64,000 nt of DNA from Octopus vulgaris (lineage: Eukaryota). Position 1 is the first letter of the stretch. Each line of letters starts with the position of its first letter. This document shows, in pieces, positions 37,252-50,048 of this stretch. Below the pieces are notes generated by a model. That model saw only the letters and a list, made by a program, of their open reading frames with translations. It was not told the origin of the DNA and made no database searches. Location: NCBI GenBank assembly GCA_951406725.2, contig OX597823.1, positions 76,756,001-76,820,000 of the forward strand, read 5' to 3'. A program made the position numbers and the translations under genes.

Positions 37252-37589
37252 TGGTCTTAACCAGTGCATGTGTTTGTTATTACTGGTGTGAGGACCTTCC
37301 GAAGACACAACAAGATTTGTTTCAACACACAAATTCACATCAAGAATCTAACAAACCAATTACAAAATATTTCAGGGAAGTGAACATTAATTATATTGGT
37401 TTGTACTTTATACTTCATATTTTGATCTCTTGAGTACAAAAGGCAAAGTTGACTGAAAAGGATGGAACATAGAGAAATGGGATAAATATCACAAAAGATG
37501 AAATGATTCTGGAGATCTATCATCATAAGAGAGTTTATTTAGTGCTGTACCATTTCTATCACTCCCTCATCCAGATCGTAAGCTGATAT

Positions 37590-37985
37590 TGACATCATTG
37601 TCACTATCATCATCATCATCATCACTATCATCATCATCATTGTCATCATCATCATCATCATCATCATTGTCATCATCATCATCACCATTATTGTCATCAT
37701 CATCATCATCACCATCACTGTCATCATCATCATTGTCATCATCATCATCACCATCATTGTCATCATCCTCATCACCATCATTGTTAGTTTCATCATCATC
37801 ATCATCATCATTATCATCATCATTTATGTTGTTCTCACTATTGTTGTTGCTGTCATTGTCATCGTTGTCATCATTGTCATTATCATCGCCTTCGTCATCT
37901 TCATTTCCATCGTTGTCATCATCATCATAGTTGTCGTTGTCATCATCATCCCCATCATCGTCGTCGTCGTCATCATTGTCATTCT
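37590..37985. repeat. (ATC/GTC)n tract
   Basis: Direct sequence. Confidence 0.95.
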
Positions 37986-38039
37986 TACAGTAATGTGTTA
38001 TTTTTTTGCATGACACTATTGCCCAAGGTTCCTGTGGTC

Positions 38040-38300
38040 TTTTCTGTAGTCTTTACTTTCCACGGATATACCTAATCTGTTTTCACTTTTTACATTGACA
38101 TTTCTGTGATACGTGATCCCTATTGATCGGCCTCCATGTTTTTCATTTTTACGATCCCCTTTCATCGGAATTCAACCCCCTTTTCTTCTTTCTTTCTTTC
38201 TTTCCTTTTTTATCCTTCTCTTCTTCCCAAAAAGAAAAGCTCTACTTTGTATTTTGTCCCTTCTGCATTCAGCCCTGTGTGACCAATAAAGAAACATATC
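38040..38300 (+). mobile_element. 3'UTR fragment of the Tx1-type LINE
   Basis: Homologous to the reverse complement of about 42410-42650 (AAAAGAAAAGCTCTACTTTGTA...AATAAAGAAACATATC). Confidence 0.75.
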
Positions 38301-38467
38301 ACCTTCATCACCATTATCATTTTTGTCGTCATCCACCTCCTCCACCTCCTCCTCCTCCTCATCATCATCATCATCGGTGGCGGTGGCAGCAGCGGCATCA
38401 TCATCATCATCATCATTCTTGTAATCCACTTCTCCTCAGAATCATTGGTATTAATATTACTAATTAC

Positions 38468-38721
38468 GGAGATGTACTCACATAGCAAGTAATTTGATCT
38501 GAGATCGTGTGCTGAAACGAAAACAATTGCAGCGTGGAAGGTGTTTGTAAGCCATTTAAGAAACACACAAAAATCCGTGCTACGGATTTTTGTCAGTGAA
38601 CAGATCGCGGATTTTAGTGACGAAAATATTTTGACAAATTAAACTTAAATGTTGAAGTGAATCGAACGGCTTTTGTGTGTTTCTTAAATGGCTTACAAAC
38701 ACCTTCCATGCTGCAATTGTT
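38468..38721. mobile_element. Second fold-back copy of the G3-C8 hammerhead family
   Basis: Inverted arms 38522-38572 and 38671-38721. Motif TTTGTCA GTGAACA G ATCGC..GTGAC GAAA ATATTT TGACAAA at 38589-38638. TSD-like TTAATATTAYTAAT at 38451 and 38720. Confidence 0.7.
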
Positions 38722-38860
38722 AATATTATTAATGTTATTACAAAACATCCGATATTCATTTTCCAGTTATTCAATAACATCATCATCTCAACTATGAAAG
38801 ATCATCTTCATAATTCTGCTACCATCACTACTGTCATCATCATCATCATCATCATCATCC

Positions 38861-38903
<43 letters not shown>

Positions 38904-39458
38904 TATTATCATCGGCATTGCTATGGTTATTCATCATCATCATCAATATCAACTGCAGAAGAGGCAGCAACAAGGACAAAAAGTAACTTTTTATGGTTGA
39001 CCTGTTGAAAATTGAAACTCTATTGCAATGAAGTAGGGAGGGTGGAGTCCAAAAGGGGTCTCAGGGAGTAGCATTCCTGCCTTCCTGAGCTAGCTTTCCA
39101 CCACATTTCTTAGAAATTGTGGTAGAGGCTTTAGTCTTGGGACCACTCATGTCTAGAAACTGGGGTTAGGGGTAAGCAAGTGCATGCTCCTTGTATAAAA
39201 CCCAGCTCCAGAAAAGCCTAATGATAGTAAAGGAGGATGCGCACCAGCCAGCCCAAAGTTTGGGGTGGGCTGCACCTGTCTGCCTTACTTGCTATGGCAT
39301 TGAAGTAGATCCGGCCACTCCTGGTAACGGGGACAAAATTCAGATTTAAAACACTGGATGATGATGATGATGATGACGACGGTGATGATGATGATGATGA
39401 AGATGATCATGGCGATGATCATCATCATTATGATCATGTTCATGATCATGATGACGAC

Positions 39459-39520
<62 letters not shown>

Positions 39521-40398
39521 GGATGATGATGATGATTTAGGATGATGATGATTGCTCTCAATTATGAAAGAGGCAACACACTGGCAGAATTCTTACCAAA
39601 ATATTTTCTTTTATTGTTTTATTCTTTTATTTGTTTCAGTCATTTGACTGCAGCCATACCGGAGCACCTCCTTTAGTCGAAGAAATTGACCCCAGGACTT
39701 ATTCTTTGTAAGTCTAGTACTTATTCTATCAGCCTCTTTTGCCAAACCACTAAGTTATGAGGATGTAAACACACCAACATCGGTTGTCAAGCAAATGTGG
39801 GAAGGACAAATACAGACACACAAACACACATACACATATATATGTATACAACAGGCTTCTTTCAGTTTCCTAATCCACTCACAAGGCTTTTGTATGCCTG
39901 AGGCTATAGTAGAAGACATTTGCTCAAGGTGCCCCACAGTGGGACTGAACATGGAATCCCGTGGTTGGCAAGCAAACTTCTTACCACACAGCTACACCTG
40001 TGCCTTAGTAGCATTTTGTCCATATTTACATGCTGAATTCAAATTCTGCTGAGGCCAACTTTCTCTTCTATTCTTTTGGGGTAAATAAAATAAGTACCAG
40101 TTATGCACTAGGGTTGATTGTAAATTTCAGGCTTTGCACCTATACTGGAATGAATTATTTCTACCATTGATGTGAGAGCTTCTTATCATTGCTGTGGTAG
40201 CCTTTGATCCTTTCAACTGTGGTCACCTTGTGCCAAAACCTCTTCAGCATTTTTTTCTTTCTTCTTCTTTATTTTGTTATGTATTCACACACACACCTGG
40301 GATCTTACCCTAAACATATTTCCCCATCATTCCTTACAGTAACTAAAAATTACTGCAATTCTCTTCTACCCAATATTTTTCTCCGGCAAACATTAATC

Positions 40399-40633
40399 GG
40401 CAAGCGAGCTGGCAGAATCGTTAGCACGCCGTGCGAAATGCTTAACGGTATTTTGTCTGCCATTACGTTCTGAGTTCAAATTCTGCCGAGGTCAAATTTA
40501 CCTTTCATCCTTTCGGGGTCGATAAATTAAGTACCAGTTATGCACTGGGGTTGATGTATTCGACTTAATCCCTTTGTCTGTCCTTGTTTGTCGCCTCTAT
40601 GTATAGCCCCTTGTGGGCAATAAAGAAAGAAAT
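40399..40633 (+). mobile_element. SINE family B
   Basis: Full head, centre and ...GGGCAATAAAGAAA tail. Confidence 0.9.
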
Positions 40634-41392
40634 AATTAATCTAAAGATTTTTAATCTGAACATGAAACAGTTCAATCATACGAGTGAAAAAGGGCCAGAG
40701 TATGTCCACAGATACTACTTTCTTTTCGACGTTAAAATATTATTAAAACAACAATAATCAAATACACACCCTAATCACACCCCTTCTTACAAGTTCACTG
40801 AAACCTACTCTTAATAAACAAATAATTATCACAGATAACACTCAACAATTATTCATAACAAATATATTTAGACAAATATACAGAGAACTACAAACAAACT
40901 TTCAAAAGAATTAGAAATTAAAATGAATAAATTATAGAAATAACCAAATTAAAAGAATAGATTAAATATACTTTGAACTAATGTTCAAAGTATAATCATA
41001 ATATAGTCGCTAAATTGACAACCATTATTCACTGTTCTTCTTAAATGTCAGCCAACCACAATACTACACTCCATTTAGTCAATCAATGAGTCATTTCCAG
41101 CACTAATTAGTTTATTAGCAAAAAAATACTGATCTATCTATCAATACTGATATTCCTCCACACATTTCATTTACCTCGTATATTACACTCAGAAGAAGAT
41201 TAGTAGTGTGGCTTAAAGGTCCACTAATCTTTCTTATTAAAATATATAGTAAGCATAAATATTTTCATCGTGTACTAAACAACTGCACAACAAAATAAAG
41301 AAGAAGAAAGAAAAGAATGCTGAAGAGGTTTTGGCACAAGGTGAATACTGATAACTAGTGGAAAGGATCAAAAGCTACCACAGCAAAGATTA

Positions 41393-41788
41393 GGTGCAGG
41401 AGTGGCTGTATGGTAAGTAGCTTGCTTACCAACCACATGGTTCCGGGTTCAGTCCCACTGCATGGCACCAAGGGCAAGTGTCTTCTATCATAGCCTCAGG
41501 CTGACCAAAGCCTTGTGAGTGGATTTGGTAGACGGAAACTGAAAGGAGCCCGTCATATATATGTATATATATATGTGTGTGTGTCTGTGTTAGTCCCCCC
41601 AACCTCACTTGACAACCGATACTGGTGTGTTTACGTCCCTGTAACTTTGCAGTTCGGCAAAAAGAACCGATAGAATATGTACTAGGCTTACAAAGAATAA
41701 GTCCTGGGGTCAATTTGCTTGACTAAAGGCGGTGCTCCAGCATGTCCACAGTCAAATAACTGATACAAGTAAAAGAGTAAAAGAGAGT
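41393..41788 (+). mobile_element. SINE family A, full length
   Basis: Complete head to tail. Confidence 0.92.
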
Positions 41789-42160
41789 AATTAAAGAATC
41801 AGAATGGCTCAACATTAAACAGGTGAACAGACTTCCGAGTTTCTTGTTTCATCAGTCTTTCTAAAGTGATAAACTGTATTCTGAAAGCTTACACACATAC
41901 ATATACCCATGCAAACAGATCCATGTGTATACACATAAACACACAGGAACAACCCATTCATCTCCTCATACACACGCACACACACACACACACACACATA
42001 CACACACATAATGGAAGAAGCATGACTGGTTAAAAAGTTGGTTCCAAATTTCAGTTTCAGTCCTCTTGTGTGTCTCATTAGTCAAATGTAGTCTATGTTC
42101 CTGGGCTGACTCAAATGTAAGTCTTGTCTGTGCATATATTAGACAGAAACACACAATCAT

Positions 42161-42209
<49 letters not shown>

Positions 42210-42327
42210 TGTACTTATAGACACAGACATACAGAGAGACACTACATGCACTTGCACATGCACGGGTACATGCACACATAAAAATGTAGACAGAAAGATT
42301 GGCATATAAACAGACAGACAGACAGAT

Positions 42328-42409
<82 letters not shown>

Positions 42410-42413
<4 letters not shown>

Positions 42414-44140
42414 TGTTTCTTTATTTGCCACACAGGGTTGAACACAGAAGGGACATAATACAAAGTAGAGCTTTTCTTTTTGGGAAGGAAGGAAAAAAAA
42501 GGAGGGGATAGAGTTTCAATCAAAAGGGATTGTGGAAAAAAAAACGGAAGCCAGTCAATAGGGATTGTGCATCACAGAAATGTCATAATGTAAAAGGGGA
42601 AATAGATTGGGTTTATCTGTGGAAAGAAAAGCATACAAAAAAGACCATGGTAACCTTGGGCAATAATGTCGTGCAAAAAACACATTACATTGACTCTCTT
42701 TTTTCACTTCGTTTTCTGGTTCATAGGTGGCTCTGTCATTCATGCATGCCATCCTTGCTATATTCACCCATCTTTTTTTGAAATATTCACTAGACAAAAC
42801 ATCCCTGTCTTCTCTCACCGTCCTCTTCAAGTGATACTTGAAGAAGTTGATGAGAGATTGACCAGAGAGGAAAGTGTTTGTCTCTAGACCTTTCAAACAC
42901 GTTCACCATACACATTATTTCGCCATCACCACAAGCACAATGAAAATGGCTCTTCCTTCCTGTTTCAAGGAAGGAGGGGTGACAATATTCATGATAGACT
43001 CAGTTGATAAACTGACTCGTCCCACATGCGATAGCAGTTGTTTGACAAAGACCCATAGGTCGGAAATGGTTGGATGCTGTACGAATGCGTGCAGAATGGT
43101 TTCATCGCTCTGACTACATTTCGGGCAGATCAGCCCTGTATTTCTTGAGCCATGCCAGTAGAGCTTATCCTGAATGGGTAGCACTTCTGAATAGCACTGC
43201 CAGGCCAGGGATTTCTAGAAGTTGCCCATAGGTCCTGGCCCAAAAGTTGTCTTGAACAGGTGGGTCAGGTATTCCTTGTCGACACCCAGTTTTGCCCCAA
43301 GATCATCATCGTATCTCCCCTCCACTAATTCCATATAGAATGCTTTGGTTGTGTTGCAGTTGCTCATGGTCGACCCGGGATGGCATAGTTGCTCGTGATC
43401 AACATGACACTTGTGGTGCCATTCCACCTTCCTCAATCTCTTTTTGATCCATGACTGCAGTTCGGTCATGGAGACAAGATGCGGGAAAGCACACCTCACA
43501 AACGGCGACCACACCTGTTCACCATCGTCTATGTAGAGCCAGAGATATCTCAGTCTTAGCACATGTCTGTGCATCATCAACCATGGCATACCCAGCCCTC
43601 TTTCAACAGATATTTGCAGGAAACGGATTACCTGACCATCAGAATGCATCCTTTCCACAAGAAGCTGAAGAGAATGTGTTCCAGTTTGGTGATGGTAGGG
43701 TCGGGACAAGGAATAACAGTCAAGCAGTAGTAGATGATGGATGCGATGTACATGTTTGCCACCTCCACCTGACCTTTTAGGGACAGCTTCCTCTCAGCCC
43801 ATTGCTGGGCGAGATTAACCACCCTACTCATTATCTCATTCCAGTTCTTCTCCGTTTGGAGGTCTGGACCAAACCAGACCCCGAGCAACTCGACCGGACC
43901 GTCGGTCCAGTGTGCCATGATGTGGATAGCATGGGCTTGTGGATAGCATGGGCTTGCTTCTCCAGGTGCTGAGCCGCAAGCTCACTGACTTTTCCTAACT
44001 GATTTTCACTCCTATTACCACCTCATAATCTTTCAGTGTCTCACCAACCAGCTCGATGTGCTTCTGACTAGACACTATGACAGTGACGTCAGCCATGTAT
44101 GCAGACACTCTCGTCCCACATCCCAAATCTCACAGGATGC
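42410..44140 (-). mobile_element. 5'-truncated Tx1/L1-clade LINE
   Basis: Minus-strand SAYMADVTVIV (YADD-like), WTDGPVELLGVWFGPDL..KNW, WAERKLSLKG, GLGMPWL and zinc knuckle CPKC..ETILHAFVQH. The 3'UTR ends AATAAAGAAACAT followed by (ATCT)n. Confidence 0.85.
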
Positions 44141-46287
44141 CCCTCACTGTTGCCAGCTTCTGCAGTAGTGGCTCAAGAATCAGTTCTTGTCAATATCAAC
44201 ATTTTACAGCCACCTTGGAAAAGTCTGAACCACTCATACACTTGCTTGTGTGCAGCTCATACACTCCTCTCCATGCACTTTATGCAACTTTGCATAGGCT
44301 TCTGAACAGGTATTGCCATGACAACTTTCTCTGCCATGGTCAATGCGACAATCACACATTATACACTTTCCTTCCAAGCACTGCTGTGAACAGCAGAAGA
44401 GAGCTAGAACAATAAACTTGGTGCCCATCCACAACAGACTTCAAGATAAATCTTTGCCAAGCGCTTCACTCTGCATAGTTTAGCTTTGTTATTACGGCAA
44501 CAGTCCGGATACTTATTGATCAGACCTCATACTATAAACACAAGTGTAAACCCCCTATTATTTCAATACATTACTTTAAAAAGGTGATGGCAGTCTTCAG
44601 TTCATCTGGAAATACTGCATCATTCAAATTTGTTACAATGAAACAATTCAAAAGATAGGTCAAGCTGTGCTTCTTATAAACAAATATAAAACAAAATTTT
44701 GATCATATTTTATTATTAGTATTATTATTATTATTATTATTACTCGTTTTTATTTTTCGTTTTTGGTTCCTAGGAAAATATGCAGTAATATTTTTTTTTA
44801 ATGCTGTGTGATTTTGTACAAAATTTTGTTTTAATTTACATAATTATTCTAAAAGATTTATTTTCTTATCATGAACTTTTTTTCCCCGATGTCTGCTGCA
44901 GTGCTAAAGGGTAAACAGTATTCTTACTTTCTCTAACAATATAGAAAATAACAGAAAAATTCTCATAGAATATGACATTCTGCAAAAAATATGGCATTAT
45001 GCAAAATTTCATCTAACCAGAACCAAGACAGTGGCCTGCAACTAAGAACATACATACACACATACATACATACATACATACATACATACATACATACATA
45101 CATACATACATACATACATACATACATACATACATACATACATACATACATACATACATACATACATACATACATACAGGAGAAAGCTAATTTGAAGACT
45201 ACAGATCCAATCACTGGAATTTTAAAATCTGTAAAGCTTTCCAGAAATTTTTCATTTAAAAATATATGAGCATGTCTAGGTATGTAACTATATGCATAAG
45301 AATCTAACGTTTCTGCCAGCTCACCAACCCAAGCTGCTTCTGAAGGATCAGGCGTAAAGCTGAGGATAATTGGCATAAAGCTTTCAAGGTTCCACTCATT
45401 TGATTGGCTTGAAGTGCCATAGAATTGTTGGTGGGAAAGGGTATGGTGTTGTGTGTAATTATTTTTGACTGTAGTAATGTGGGAGAGGTCTGAAGACCTG
45501 ACAGATGCAGAGACAGTCATGGTTAGGAAGCGAATAAGTTTTGAGGTGTTAAAGAGATGGAAAGTGTTTATAGTGTTTATGGGTATGGCTGGAATCTGAG
45601 TAAGGAATGAAACAAGCTGGTGTTGGATGAGTGTGAGAGCCATCAGGAATTTTGAACATTGATGTTGCTGACTTTAAAGACCAGAAAAGTAACATATGTT
45701 TCCAAGAAGGCAATGTCAAAGACATGATAATAATGATTTGAGGAGGCTGGAGATTGATGGACAAAGCATATTTATTTGGTGGAATGAGAATGGGAGAGTT
45801 TGAGTCAAGGGAGCTTGTAGGGTCATTGCTGAAATCCAGAGGAGAGAAGGGGAAATCATGACGAGTGGATTTGATATCTGCCTAGATACAACTTTTGAGA
45901 GTGAATTTTGAAGAAATAACCAACAAGATAACTTATATACATACAAAAGCATTTACTTACAAATGAATATGTGTATATGTGTGTGTTTGTGTGTGAGTGT
46001 TTTGAAAAGGAATGTGTTAGTGTGTGTATATCTGCGTGAGTCTATGTGAAAATATATGCATATAAATGTCTGTGTATATATATATACACACACACATGCA
46101 CTCATACATACATATATATTTATATATGCAGATATATATATACACACACACACGTACTCATACATGCATATATATTTATATATGCATATATATATATATA
46201 CCCATGCTAGCATGGAAAGCGGACGTTAAACGATGATGATGATGATGATGATATATATGTATTAATATATATATCATGATGATGATG

Positions 46288-46382
<95 letters not shown>

Positions 46383-46445
46383 TGTATGAATATATGTATA
46401 GAAAGAGAGAGGGGGAGAGATACACATATACTTATATAAATATAC

Positions 46446-46478
<33 letters not shown>

Positions 46479-47425
46479 TTCACATGCACAGCACACTTTC
46501 ATATACTGCGGGCATATGACGACGATGATGATGGTTCTTGAAATTGATTCTGAATCTTGAGACTTTATCTGCAGGAGGAAAATGCAAGTGTTGTTTGTGA
46601 CTGTATAACATCGTGTTTATTGTAGAATAATGTGTGAATTAACATTTGTTAAATTATCACCCGATGTGTTTGTGCTCATGGCAAAACATGTGTGATTCTA
46701 AGTCCACTCCTAGATATTGCAAGAAAGCCGTATGAAGTGGAATCACTGATTGTACACCTTGATGTCAAATTCTTGTAATTTATCTGCTCTTTAGAAATTC
46801 TACATAAACTGTTCACCAAAACAATTGTGCGAGTAAATTTCAGAAATTGTTTATCAACTCAATGTAGCATTTCAAGTTCTTCAATTTATTATTGAAACAG
46901 CCTCAATATCTACCTACCAATTAAATGATATGGGATATTTTATCATATGTTTCACAGAATATTTTGTTTTTATAAATGGATTGTGATTTGTGTGAGAAGG
47001 TGGGAGTTTCTTTTCTATTTAAGCCAAATGAAAATACTGCTAGATTTAGTCGTATGATACCAAAACAAGTCACAAACATTACATAGTTATTTCATATGAA
47101 ATCTCTGGACAACACCAGTTATAGTCTCCCTGATGTCTAAGAATTAAACTGAGATGACATCATTTTTAAGACAACCACTTTTTAACCATCCATATCAGAT
47201 TTGCATGTAAATCAAGGCTCCGTGTGCTTAGTATAGAATTCTGCAAAAATTTGTTTACACTCATAACTTATTGTTAAAAAAATTAGTGCCACTCTTCTGG
47301 AATTATAACATTCTTACATCTGAAACTGATGTAGGAATGTTCAGGACCAGCCTTGTGATTTCTGGCACCTTAGATAAACAAGTTGAATTTCTGTGCTTTT
47401 ATAAGTGTGTGTGTGTGCACACACA

Positions 47426-47485
<60 letters not shown>

Positions 47486-48890
47486 TTTGAAGCTAATAGT
47501 GATTTTATTGAATGAATTTACTCGTTAGTATTTCATGATTTTTTATGTAATTTTGGTAAATGTATTTGTTAAAATGAGATGTCAGGGTTATTTTCACTTT
47601 TGCATAATTTAGATAACAGTTTATTCACCACATCCTATATATGTATAGCTATATCTATGTATATATATATATATATATGTATATAAATATAAATATCCAG
47701 CCGTAGAAACACTGCCAGATCAGACTGGGCCTGATGCAGCCTTCTGGCTTCACAGACCCCAGTTGAACCGTCCAACCCATGCTAGCATGGAAAGCAGACG
47801 CTAAATGATAATGATGATGATGATGATATATATATCAAAAGGATGTGTTATAATACTATTCCACAGCCATACTAACAATCCAATAATACTATTTAACATA
47901 TACAAAAAACAGCTACACCAACAATCCAACATACCTCCATCATCAGCTGCCCCATGGATAACATTATGGTTTCAACACCTGGGCATTACCATTCAATCCG
48001 TTGGTGTCAACTGCACGAAAATAAGTGTTGTTTGGGAACAAACAAACCAAAGAAACCACAACTTTCAAACACATTTACCCCATGTACAACTGTATCAGTA
48101 AATAAAATCAATAACTAAATCACAACCAACTCCTAAATACATAATTAAACAGAGACAAATCTATTAAATCATACAAAAATTATAATCCCTACCATCTTCC
48201 GTAGTATAATATAAAAGTGAAAGCTTAATAACCACATTATTTCAATCAATCAATATATAGGCAGGATTAAACACTAACTTTAATAAAACTACAACAAAGA
48301 AACATATAAAACAATGTACAATTTATCGGTATTAATAGGAAAATGAAATAACTAAATTATATGCTAAACTGCTATATATATATATATATATATATATACC
48401 GGAGTAAACACATAAATGTGAAACAAGGTGGAAAAAAGAGTACTCAAATACCAGTGGTAGAGTAATATGCTTTAAATAAAGTATATATATATATATATAT
48501 ATATATAAATATATATATGTATGTATGAATAGGTGCTGAAAAGTTCCTGGTTTTGCGTAAAAGTAAAAACAGAAGCATCAGTTAATTATGATTGTATTCT
48601 ACACATTTCCATTCTGAGATTCACACACTAATTGCAGTGGCCCTTCAATTTTTCTAAACCCTGTAAAAGAACTTAGAAGATCGGGCTTCCAGCCAGGATT
48701 TTTGTGATATCCTTAAAGCCAGGAACTATTCAATACCCACTCCTCACACACACACACACACACACACTATATACGTTTATGAATTTATTTGACCAAAAAA
48801 AAGAAACCATCCCAAATTATAACTATATATAGCCACAGTTAAATGACTGAAACATGATTGACTGCTAGATCCACATGTCTTTTTTTTTAT

Positions 48891-49274
48891 TCTCTTTACT
48901 CTTTTACTTGTTTCAGTCATTTGACTGCGGCCATGCTGGAGCACCGCCTTTAGTCGAGCAAATCGACCCCGGGACTTATTCTTTGTAAGCCCAGTACTTA
49001 TTCTATCGGTCTCTTTTGCCGAACCGCTAATTGACGGGGACGTAAACACACCAGCATCGGTTGTCAAGCAATGCTAGGGAGACAAACACAGACACACAAA
49101 CACACACACACATATATATATATATACATATATACGACGGGCTTCTTTCAGTTTCAGTCTACCAAATCCACTCACAAGGCTTTGGTTGGCCTGAGGCTAT
49201 AACAGAAGACACTTGCCCAAGATGAACCATGTGGTTGGATAGCAAGCTACTTACCACACAGCCACTCCTGCGCC
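48891..49274 (-). mobile_element. SINE family A, young copy
   Basis: CpG-intact copy with a small internal deletion. Confidence 0.92.
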
Positions 49275-49616
49275 TATTCTTTCTCTGTTTATGTTGTTGT
49301 GTTCCTTTCTGTTGAAGAGCATAAACTCAAAACATAAAAGACTTTTTCACCTTCCTGTGCATCAAACTAATGCACCTGCTTGTTGTTTATACATCTCGGG
49401 CCTTGTGCCAGTGGCACGTTAAAGCACCCATTACACTCTCAGAGTGGTTGGCGTTAGGAAGGGCATGCAACTGTAGAAACTCTGCCAAATCAGATTGGAG
49501 CCTGGTGCAGCAATCTGGTTCGCCAGTACTCAGTCAAATCATTCAACCCATGCTAACATGGAAAGCGGAGGTTAAATGAAGATTATGATGATGATGATGA
49601 TATATATATATATTTT

Positions 49617-49851
49617 TTTCTTTATTGCCCACAGGGGCTACACATAGAGAGAACAAACAAGAACAGGCAAAGGGATAAAGGGATTAAGTCGATTACATCG
49701 ACCCCAGTGCATAACTGGTACTTATTTAATTGACCTTGAAAGGATGAGACGCAAAGTCGACCTCAGTGAAATTTAAACTCAGAATGTAACAGCAGATGAA
49801 ATACCACTAAGCATTTCACCCAGCATGCTAACGATTCTGCCAGCTCGCTGC
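49617..49851 (-). mobile_element. SINE family B
   Basis: Reverse complement of the 40399 copy. Confidence 0.88.
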
Positions 49852-49984
49852 TCTTTAGATATATATATATATATACACTTTATTTAGTAGCAGCAGTAAT
49901 ATAACAAAAGCTGTTACTCAGAGTTTCATGTTCCCATTCGTTAGACAGTTGTGTTAACACAACTGTCTAACGAATGGGAATGTC

Positions 49985-50048
<64 letters not shown>

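Larger units (their letters stand above)
35468..37270 (-). mobile_element. tRNA-headed SINE with hammerhead-bearing tail, split by two insertions
   Basis: After removing both inserts, the minus strand reads TGCACTGGTTAAGACCACAGGCTACTAACTCCAAGATTCTGAGTTTGATTCCAGGCAGTGACCTG-(AAT)n-...CCTGATGTAGGCTGGAGGGTATATCAGCTGAAACATTGTGTT...TGTAAATAATG. Confidence 0.6.
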
